A stretch of 64,000 nucleotides of DNA. It comes from Vicugna vicugna (lineage: Eukaryota). The DNA is taken from positions 7,022,295-7,086,294 of the forward strand of contig MU058636.1 of the NCBI GenBank assembly GCA_013265495.1, given 5' to 3'. This document shows positions 55,116 through 64,000 of the stretch, one piece after another. The notes under the pieces were generated by a model. It did no database searches, was not told where the DNA came from, and worked only from the letters and a program-made list of their open reading frames with translations. Numbering within the stretch: position 1 is the stretch's first letter; each line of letters begins with the position of its first letter. Made by a program: the position numbers and the translations under genes.

Positions 55116-55250
55116 GGTGGGAGGACACAGCTCAAGAGGTAGAGGGCATGCTTAGCATGCATAAAGTCCTGGATTCAATCCCTGGTACCTTCTCTAAAAG
55201 TAAATAAATAAAATAAATAAATTACCCCCTAAAAAGGACCCATTTCAAAA
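55116..55250 (+). mobile_element. Vic-1-type camelid SINE, 15-bp TSD
   Basis: gggaggacacagctcaagaggtagagggcatgcttagcatgcataaagtcctggattcaatccctggtacc (A and B boxes), (TAAA)n, attaccccc; TSD TCAGACTG(GG/AA)TCTGA at 55101-55115 and 55251-55265. Confidence 0.92.
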
Positions 55251-55313
55251 TCAGACTGAATCTGAAACACATATTCAACTAACTGACACTTCCCTTTCAA
55301 CTGTTCATTTTAG

Positions 55314-55431
55314 GTTCTCGCATACACTGAGGGACTGCATGGAAAATGGATGTTCAGCGAGATTCGGGCTGTATTTTCAAGACGTTATCTTCTACAGAAT
55401 ACTGCTTTGGAAGTATTTATGGCAAACCGAA
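55314..55431 (+). CDS. NBEA: NBEA coding exon (118 nt, phase 0 to 1), PH domain: [39 protein letters not shown](T)
   Basis: Acceptor ctgttcattttag, branch-like ctaactgac about 30 nt upstream, donor A|gtaagt. The translation matches NBEA ([11 protein letters not shown]) rather than the paralog LRBA (KWLFTEIRSIF) as recalled. Confidence 0.97.
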
Positions 55432-55755
55432 GTAAGTCCCCTGGAATATTTTGAAAGAAAATGTACTTATATTTGGATGTTATTCTTTTACATGGTAATA
55501 CTGTCTTGATTTTTTTTTTTTGGCTGTATTTCTCTCTTTGATCTGCCCTCGCTAAAACAAAAATAAAAATAAAAAAATTAATTTGAAAAAGTTAAGCCTA
55601 GATTTCTCATGGATAAAGTTACACAGAAAGCTGATTTTCCATGCTGATTCATTGCCCTTACAAATAAATCATGAAAGGCTCTGGAAAATGATTTCTGAAA
55701 TTGATGGCTAGCTCTCTTGTGGTTTTCTAAATCATGTTTTTTCTTCCTACCACAG

Positions 55756-55858
55756 CCTCGGTTATGTTTAATTTCCCTGATCAAGCAACAGTGAAAAAAG
55801 TTGTCTATGGCTTGCCTCGGGTTGGAGTAGGGACCAGCTATGGTTTGCCACAAGCCAG
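55756..55858 (+). CDS. NBEA: NBEA coding exon (103 nt, phase 1 to 2), end of PH domain and linker: (T)[33 protein letters not shown](R)
   Basis: Acceptor tttttcttcctaccacag, donor AG|gtaatt. The frame continues exactly from the previous exon. Confidence 0.97.
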
Positions 55859-56394
55859 GTAATTATATCACATTACACATTATCTATGGTTTGTTAACAT
55901 ATTTCAATCTCAATATGACAGAAATCTAAATAGGGTTATAACATTATAATTATTTTGAGAACCAAGGAATTTTCTTCCTCTGCAAGTCATTTGTAGGGAA
56001 GGAGGTTATGTAAATAGCTATTTGAAGGATGACAGAATGGGGCATAATTTTATTTAACACATAGAATGAGGAAGTTAAAAAATTGATAGAATCTTATAGC
56101 TAACACCTAATTAAGACATTTTTGCTGAAGATCTCACAAGAAACACCAAAAGCTTCATGATGTTTGTGATTAATTGTTGTGTGGTAGCGTATAACTTGTT
56201 TTTTATAAATGCTATGTATAAGTGCTTCTTCATTAAAGTAGTAAAATTCTCAGAATTTAGTGAGATTAATAGTCATTAATTATGGTATGATTTTAACCAT
56301 TTCCTAATTGTTTCATCTTGGTATTTTTAAAAGCATTATTTTGAAATCTTACTTCATTGAAAGATACTAATCTGAGAAAACATAGCCAATAATT

Positions 56395-56930
56395 ATGTGT
56401 ATCACTAATGTCAGTCAGTTTTTGGCTCCAAGTAACTGAATACCTGATTAAAAGTAGCTTAAACAATAGGGGTTTTTTTGCTTTGGCGGTTCTGTTTTAT
56501 GAAAGATGTGGAGTTAAGGAGGAGTTGCCAGTACTGACTCAGAGGTTTGGTGATGTCAGAACTTTCAGTTGGTCTCATGTTCACAAAATAACCACTACTG
56601 CTCCAGGTACCACAACTTCACACAACTACATTCAAGTAGGAAAAATACACAAAGGATTTCTCCTTGAACATCTGTGTTTTAAGAAGGAATGTATCTAGAC
56701 GCCTCCAGCAGTCTTTACTGCAGTTCCTTCTGGCCAGAATGGGGGTCACCCTTCTGCCCCTAGAATCATCACTGAACACTAATGTGAAATCATCCCCTAG
56801 AATTCAAGGGAAAATATACCTCTGAACTCTCTGCCCCTTCCTTCCTGGACAAAATATATTTTCTGTTGTTCAGGAGGAAAGAGATATTGGCTTTGGGCAG
56901 ACAAGCAACACTTTCTTCCACACAGATCAT
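56395..56930. mobile_element. MLT1-type MaLR LTR
   Basis: ttggctccaagtaactgaatacctgattaaaagtagcttaaacaatagggg...tggtctcatgttcacaaaataaccactactgctccagg. Confidence 0.6.
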
Positions 56931-57279
56931 TATGTCCCTGGGAATCACTGCAGAGCACTGCATGCATGGAAAGGAAAACTAATCTTTGTCTATCTTCTCT
57001 TAAATAGGCTACAGACATTTAAAAGACAGGGACTGTGTCTTATTTATCTTTTAATCTACAACACCTAGCACACCGCCTAATTGCAAAGGTGCTTTTTAAG
57101 TGCTGCTCGACTAGCATTACCTTGCATTGTGAGGTATCTGTTCTCCTATTAAGCTTACAGGGTAAGGCTAATTCACTGTCAGGTATGCACATGCTCAGGA
57201 TGTTTGCTAGTTGAATGACAAGATTAAATTAAGACATTTGTAGATAATGAGGTACTTATATAAAATACAGGTCAAAAGA

Positions 57280-57720
57280 AAAATGCATTTAATCTATCAA
57301 AAAAAGAAAATGAGGTTAGTTTTGCAAGACTTGTTCTTACTGAATCTCAGCTGACTCATAGTAATCATTACTTCCTTTCCTAAGTACTTACAAATCTTTT
57401 AATCATCAATTCAAGAATTTTTCCAGGAATTGACGTTAAGAACTCACTGATAGGTCTTTTTCCTTTTTAAAAGTAATCTTCTGCCTCCTGGCATATTTCT
57501 CAATGACCATGGTTCTTCGGAGATTACCAATAGAGTTTTCTCAATGGCATGTGTAATTTCCTTCAGTACTCTTGAACTTGTTGGGACCTGAGTTCATTGA
57601 AAACAACCAGAAGCTCTTTTACTATTTTCCTTACCTATTATGAGCATTATTTTCCTTTTAACCACACTTCGTCTCTCCTTGATTTTTGGAAGATGATTCT
57701 TCTTGACAGAAAAATCAAGC
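57280..57720 (-). mobile_element. L3/CR1 LINE fragment
   Basis: aaaaagaaaatgaggttagttttgcaagacttgttcttactgaa...agaattttttccaggaattgacgttaag. Confidence 0.8.
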
Positions 57721-58066
57721 AGAAGCAGAGCCTTGAGACACAACTGTAAACATCTCAGGGCTGCTGCGGGGTGGTTTATATTTTTTAGGGAAACACAGCA
57801 GTATCTGTCAGACGCTTCTCAAACTCTTAGGTTGGTTCTAAGTTTCAATGTGTGCTAGCACTGCATTCTTTTTGATGACATCTTAGCCTGTGAAAGTAAG
57901 TTTTAGGGAGTTGCTGGTGATTTAAAAAAAAAAAAGCACTGCATGAAAATTAATGAGAAACAGGAAATGAAGGTGGTGATGTCAGATATGATTCTGAGGC
58001 TTAAGAAGTTATGCAGTGCCCAATAGGTGGACAATACATTCCTTTAGTGAGTAATCATTGTTATTT

Positions 58067-58220
58067 TTAAGCCACTTTTTAAAACTTTTTAAAATTTATT
58101 TGAGGGGGTAATTAGGTGTATTTATTTATTTTAAATGTTTTAATGGAGGTACTGGGGATTGAACCCAGGACCTCCCACATGCTAAGCACACGTTCTACCA
58201 CTGAGCTCTACCTTCCCACC
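58067..58220 (-). mobile_element. Vic-1-type camelid SINE, ~14-bp TSD
   Basis: gggggtaattaggt...taatggaggtactggggattgaacccaggacctcccacatgctaagcacacgttctaccactgagct; TSD AATC(A/G)T(T/G)GTTATTT at 58053-58066 and 58221-58234. Confidence 0.93.
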
Positions 58221-59148
58221 AATCGTGGTTATTTAAGAATGAAATAAAATACTTTTTTTCGTTTTATGAATATATATTCTCAAACAGCTACTTAGTTATT
58301 AAGACTCAAGTATTTATTAATCTATTTAGGCCTAACTACTTAATAAACAGGACTGTTAGGTATTTCTCTTGGGCTGGGGGCACCATGAAGAAATTCCTGA
58401 GACCCTAAGGGTGGCGTAAATTGGAAAAGTTTGGGAATCTCTGTCTGAAGTGGTGATGGTTTTGGAAACTCAGTTAGCCTTATCATACTTTGACAAATAC
58501 AGTCAGCTTTCATTATTTTTTAGATAAACACATTGAACCTTGAAAAGTTCATAATTTATACAAAATTTCCTGATTTCACTCCTTTAAGCTATTCCTAAGT
58601 CCCTTCTTCTGAATTCATACATTTTCAAAGTTCCCAGTTGTTTGTTTTTTACCTCGTAAGAGGGATGTGTCTCATGTGGTTACACGCTGCGCACATGCGC
58701 ACACTCTGTGCGTGGGGCAGATGTAAAAAGTTCAGTGGCAGCATTATTATATAAGATTTAAGTCAAATGCTCATATTGCTGGTGCCTGACTGTCTACCTA
58801 GCTTTTTAGCATGCAGCAGATTTGCTGTATTGTTTAAAAGCTACTTTGACTTATTTTGAGTAATGTTTCACCTTTTTTGTTCTTGTTGACTTGTAAAATA
58901 CCCACTTGAAGCCATATCATCCAAATAGAAGCTTTCACCGTGGTTTACCCTGAGTAACTAAATGTATCTTCTCTATAATAGAATTTTCAAATATTACTAG
59001 TATCTACAATCAAAATATATTTTGTCATTTATCAAAACCATGAATTATTCTAAGTTGAATAAAATCAAATGACTATATTAGCTATTTCTGAATTTGTAAA
59101 AGTCATGTGTTAAAAGAGACTGTCTGTTATGGTTTGCTTAATTGCTAG

Positions 59149-59264
59149 GAGGATCTCACTGGCCACTCCTCGACAGCTTTATAAATCTTCCAACATGACT
59201 CAGCGTTGGCAAAGAAGGGAAATTTCAAACTTCGAATATCTGATGTTTCTTAACACTATAGCAG
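59149..59264 (+). CDS. NBEA: NBEA coding exon (116 nt, phase 2 to 1), start of BEACH domain: (R)[38 protein letters not shown](G)
   Basis: Acceptor gcttaattgctag, donor CAG|gtaaga. Contains the BEACH N-terminal signature [16 protein letters not shown], and the frame is continuous with the upstream exon. Confidence 0.97.
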
Positions 59265-61513
59265 GTAAGAAGACATCTCATTCTCTAATCAGGTAATCTG
59301 TTTCTGTTCATCAAAATCATTGGTAATGTGACTTGATGGAGTACATTGTTCTCCTTGGAATTCAAATACAGCATTAGAATAAATATTGAAGTACTCACAT
59401 TAAATTGTTATCAGAGACTACACAAGCAAGTACCAAGGTTTAGATGCATTTATTGTTGAAGAGGCTTTTCCTTGCTCTCCTTCTGCCATTTCCTTTGCTG
59501 ACAGCTTTGTCTGAAGGTTTATTAGAATCAACAAACCATTGCCAGAGAGTGTCTGGAAATAATAATGGGAAAATGTAATTTCACTACTTTGTCATTCTCA
59601 GCAGTAGCAGCTAGACAGGAGAATAACAACAGGATTCTGCCTAGTACAGATGTCACCTGGATTATGGCATGATTGGGTTACAGGATCTTTTTTTTTTTAA
59701 ATCTTCCAATGAAAATATAAAATCAGATTACATTTCTAAATGATGAGTAACTGCCATCAGCCTCGGCAGTACCAGGCTTGTAAATTAAAAGAAGGTAGTG
59801 GCTTTGTTTTTCAGCTAAATCAGTGGTTGTCAGTGGCTGTACAGTGTCTATGAGATTTAAGTAGCTCTTTCTTTTTTCCTGAATTAAGCTCCAAAGCCCT
59901 AATTTATGTTGAATTACAAAGAATTTACTTCTGTAAACCAAGCTCCACCAAAACTTTTTGCAATCAGATGAATTTAAATAATTACTTAAATACATATGCT
60001 TACCTATGATTATTGTTCTTTCATGAATGAATACTCAGAACCATGAGTTTAAGAACCTTGTACTCTGATTCCTTGGTTAAAGGATAACTGTGTAATATTC
60101 GTCTTTTTTAATCTATCATATACATGTGAATATGGATGCTATGGGCATATATAAAAAATATGAATGATATAGATATATATTAAATAGACAAGAGAACTTG
60201 ATTTGTCAGCAAAAAGGGATAAGAAATGATTAGAAATGGTTTTGCATTTTAATTATTTAATACACAGTGTAATTTTAATGCCTTTGCTAATAGTATACTA
60301 GAAGTGCAACCAAAGAACTATTTATTACATGTATTAAATGTTATTCTATATTTCACACACATATCTCCACTATATAACTATACCTTCAAGATACCTTTAT
60401 GACATATTTCATATGTATTTGTATGCCAGTATATACAGTGTACGTATCTTAAAGAGACCTGCTTACTTCCTTGAAGATAAAACAAATGTGTTATGCTATT
60501 TAATTAACACATTACTTACATATAAAGATAGAATGAACTTAAACATCTGAAATGTAAAGAACCTAATTTCCTTAGCATATTTAGGTAAACAGCATGATGT
60601 AGCATAAGCTTCATTGCCAAGGTGAAGGGGATAGAATCCCAGATCTGCCAACTTTATGTCCTAGGGCATAGGTGGAATTGCAGGTTTTAACTCTGTCTTG
60701 GACTTTAAATCTTTCAATAGCCATGTTTGATATGTTTGCATCTGTTTTAATAACTAATCTGTTTGGTCTTATATAATCTTCTCTTATATCATTGCTTTTA
60801 ATATTTTCTTGCTTTTCGTATTGTTTTGTCTTTCTTCAGGATATAAATAAAATTTTGCCCACTATTTTAGTGATTCAGAACATAGGTTATTTTGTTATTA
60901 ATTTTCTTAGAGAATTAATATGTTTAAATTTTTTAACCTTCTAAAATATATTTCTTTTACTTTTGAACTCAAAAATGAATCAATATTTTTAATCACTCCT
61001 ATGCAAAATAAGAACATTAACTCAATTTACTTCTCATTTATTGCTTATCTTCATCAATATAATTTAATACCAGAATCCATATTATTATTAAACACTTATT
61101 TTTTGAAGCCCATATATTTTTACATCTTAGGAAGGATTTCACCTCTATTAAAATTTTCTTCTCATTAATGCAGTATGTTATTTTCAGCAACATGGATCTT
61201 TACCTGATTTTTCAGGATAGTGTTCTCTTTACATTCTTCTGCAGTATTCTTTCATGTTTCCTGTAGTTAGGTTCTCCTATTGTCCTTGAAAGATCTGTCA
61301 AGTCATTGTCTACCATATATCGTACATAAGCGTGATTTTTTTTTCCCTTGACTGTGCTCCCTGTTTGGAGCTTTTGGAATTAAAACTGAAGGACAGGGTG
61401 ATCTCACTCTGTTTCCAGTTGAGCTGGTATGCTTACTGAAAGGTTCTTCTGTTCTACGATGGGATTCTGTCCTCTGGATGGAACGTTATCTGGTTTATTG
61501 TATTGAAGGACTC

Positions 61514-61644
61514 TTTTTATTTATTTGTCTTGAGGGGGGCTATTAGGTTTATTTTTTATTTATTTAATGGAGGTACTGAGGATTGAACCCAGGATCTTGT
61601 GCATGCTAAGCACATGCTCTGCCAGTGAGCTATAACTTCCCCTC
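61514..61644 (-). mobile_element. Vic-1-type camelid SINE (no clear TSD)
   Basis: taatggaggtactgaggattgaacccaggatcttgtgcatgctaagcacatgctctgccagtgagctata. Confidence 0.92.
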
Positions 61645-62569
61645 TACTGGTCTTCATCTCTTCTCTGCATTTTACTCATGTCAGATACATTTCCCACAGT
61701 GTGGTTCAGTTCCACCTGTAACCACCACCCACTTCATGCCTGTTACTTTCTGGGAGTTTGTTTCTCTGTCTAGCTGTAGAAAGATTGCAGACTGGATAGA
61801 GATAACACTGTGATCCCTAAAAACTGTCCCTAAGTGATATAGACACAGCTGTTTTTCTGATTGGGATAATCTTCGGGTTTCTGAGCCAGAGCATGCAGAT
61901 TGTAAGGAGAATTTGAGTGTCTTTCTATCTTTTTTTGAATAATTGAGGTCTGTTTTATTTGGTGTCGCAAAGAATGTACAGACCACTGGGAGTATTTTAG
62001 AAGAATTTATTGGGTACTTTCTTTACAATGACTCTAACTAAATATTAAAGTCTGTCTACTGTAGACAGTGGGATGAAGAGAAGTATAAATAGACACTCGA
62101 AATTCAGAGCACTTACAACTGGATGAGTAAATGAAATATACATAAGAGCATTTTGAGACAGCTGATGGTAAGTGCTGAATGAGTGCTATAAATAGTGAAT
62201 GCGACAAGAGCTAAGCAGGGTGGAAGAATTTTAAGAATGTTTTTGGGGAGACAAAAAAAGAGCAGAGCCTTACAAATTTCTGCCAGTTGGATATGTGTTA
62301 TGCATTCAGTGGACATGAGTATCATATCTTGGCTACAGCAGAGAATAATAGGAGATAATATTGGAGTTGTAGGTAAGAACCAGACTGTAAAGAGCCTGAA
62401 TCTAGGAATCAGTGTTTTATAGTAGAATAGAATGTAGTATGGAGTTTTAGGAAATTTAAACTGATAACTATGGATGGCATGAATCAGAAACTAGATCTCC
62501 TAAAGTTGGGGGGAGCTTTTAGGAGAGCATTACAGGACTCAGATATGAAATTGACTTGTTTCTCGTTTT

Positions 62570-62720
62570 AATAAAAAGTTACTGAACGCTTCTACTATGT
62601 GCCACACACTCTATTTGGCACTGACACTTCAGAAGAAAGCAAAGTATGGTTTCTGCCTTGGAAGAGATCATAGTATAGTCAGGAAAACAGACATACATAC
62701 ACCAGCAATTCCAGTAAAAA
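62570..62720 (-). mobile_element. L2 3' fragment
   Basis: ttactgaacgcttctactatgtgccacacactct...ggtttctgccttggaagagatcatagtatagt. Confidence 0.7.
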
Positions 62721-62974
62721 GTCACAATTATTAGTAGGAAAATATACAAAGCTATTTGAAGCCATAGATCCAGAAGGCATTACATTTACAGGAAAAGCTT
62801 CTCATAGTACTTTCATAGGCTTCTCATAGGCAATATGTAAGCTGGAAATTTCTTTAATTTTTCTTAATATCAAGGTTCAGGGAAAAATAATATTTTTATT
62901 ATTTTTGCTTAGTTTTATTATTTCTTTGTGAAACATTTCTTTAATGTCAATATCAACATTGGGAACAAATGATA

Positions 62975-63220
62975 AATAATAATACTTATTGAGCGATTTC
63001 CAAATGTTGCAAGCATGGTTCTAAGTGTTTTATGCATATTTACTCATTTAATCCTAACAATAACCCAAAAGTTCTTATTCTCATTTCACCAATGGGCAAA
63101 TGAAGTACAGAGAAGTAAATAACTTGCCCAAGCCACAGAGCTAGTACGTGGAGAAGTCAGGATGCTAATGTAGGCAGTTTGGCCATAGACCTTCACTCAA
63201 CTGCAATAGCATACTGCCTC
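62975..63220 (-). mobile_element. MIR SINE, near full length
   Basis: tacttattgagcg...gttctaagtgttttatgcatatttactcatttaatcct...acagagaagtaaataacttgcccaagccacagagctagtacgtgg. Confidence 0.88.
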
Positions 63221-63424
63221 TGGATATTCACAGCGACATTCAGTTTCACCTCCAGTCACCAGCCTTAATCTATCAAGTGCTTTAAGACCTAAACAATTAA
63301 TTATTTTTAGACAATTATTTTCATTTTTATTATGGTTATGACTTTTGTACACAGGAATATTCTACCATTAGATCTGGGTCTAGAATTATCATCTCCAATG
63401 TACAAGCTGGTACTGTTTTCAGCG

Positions 63425-63800
63425 AGATCTTAGATCCAGAGAAGCAAGACTCTGAGACAGAGACTTGCTTGCAAGAAGTTTATTGGAGAGTGTCCTTGGG
63501 ATCAACATCTGTGGGGGAGTAAAGAAAGTAAAACTTAGCAGAAGGAAAAAATGAACCTCAAAGTAGTTGCAGTGGAGACCTCAGCAGATCTTACAGGGAA
63601 GCAAGAGCTGAGATGACCTTTCAGAGATGTCTTACCCTTGCAGCAAGGGTACCCGGCCTCATTACCTCCACTTTGCAGTCACTGGATGCAGACTCCTGGG
63701 AAGGAAAGGATCTTGAGTGAGAGGGCTTTCTCCTGATGGTGGCGGCTCCTAGAGAACACCACCAGCCACAATATGAGCAACTCAGCCACCAACCCAACAT
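63425..63800. mobile_element. LTR16A-like ERVL solo LTR
   Basis: tgcaagaagtttattggagagtgtccttgggatcaacatctgtgggggagtaaag...gacctcagcagatcttacaggg...gagctgagatgacctttcagag. Confidence 0.75.
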
Positions 63801-63808
63801 CCAGGATA

Positions 63809-63979
63809 GAGTAGTTCTCAGAATCACCTGGAGGGCTTGCTGAAACACAGAGCATTGAGCCCCACCTCAGAGGTTCTGATCCAGTAGGTTTAGAGTGGGG
63901 CTCAAGAATTTGTATTTCTAACAAGTCACCAGGTGATGCTGATGCTACTGGTCTAAGATCCACACTTTGAGAACCACTG
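63809..63979. mobile_element. MER5A hAT-Charlie MITE (internal deletion near left end)
   Basis: gtagttctcagaatcacctggagggcttgctgaaacacag...agaatttgtatttctaacaag...ccacactttgagaaccactg. Confidence 0.92.
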
Positions 63980-64000
63980 CCCTATACCTATATTCTTTAA

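Larger units (their letters stand above)
1..64000 (+). other. NBEA: Internal part of the neurobeachin gene body (end of the large MAB21L1-hosting intron, three coding exons, downstream introns)
   Basis: Three phase-compatible GT-AG exons translate to the NBEA PH/BEACH junction. I found no other coding exon between 1 and 55313. Confidence 0.93.

Noticed and set aside
55116..55195. tRNA-like sequence
   Set aside because: It has A/B boxes but also an AT-rich tail, a TSD and three dispersed relatives, so it is a SINE rather than a tRNA gene.
58684..58712. TGCGCACATGCGCA as an NRF1 site
   Set aside because: It has two extra bases relative to TGCGCATGCGCA and is more likely a decayed purine-pyrimidine run.
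55314..59264. Assignment to the paralog LRBA
   Set aside because: Diagnostic residues ([36 protein letters not shown]) fit NBEA as recalled.
1..64000. Prokaryotic-type systems, CRISPR arrays, rRNA or mitochondrial insertions
   Set aside because: No repeat-spacer arrays, operons or recognisable rRNA/mtDNA; the sequence is a mammalian intron-exon region.

Overview
Mammalian genomic DNA, almost certainly camelid (alpaca/llama/camel), judged from four Vic-1-type tRNA-derived SINEs. The whole window lies inside the neurobeachin gene (NBEA, + strand). About 55 kb is one giant intron, which in other vertebrates hosts the antisense nested gene MAB21L1; no MAB21L1 ORF is visible here, so it should lie upstream of base 1. 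Three coding exons follow (55314-55431, 55756-55858, 59149-59264), encoding the end of the PH domain, the PH-BEACH linker and the start of BEACH. The rest is old repeats (L2, MIR, L3/CR1, L1M, MaLR/ERVL LTRs, MER DNA transposons), microsatellites and several multi-kb repeat-free blocks that look like conserved enhancers. The most unusual items are: (i) a 340-bp TSD-flanked element made only of an L1 5' end fused to an L1 3' end; (ii) an 86-nt imperfect hairpin plus nested palindromes inside the strongest enhancer-like block; (iii) inverted Vic-1 SINEs bracketing the coding exons; (iv) an apparent Ser->Gly change in the PH domain. Repeat subfamily names and old-repeat boundaries come from recalled consensus sequences and are approximate. 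None of the ORF-track ORFs looks like a real gene.
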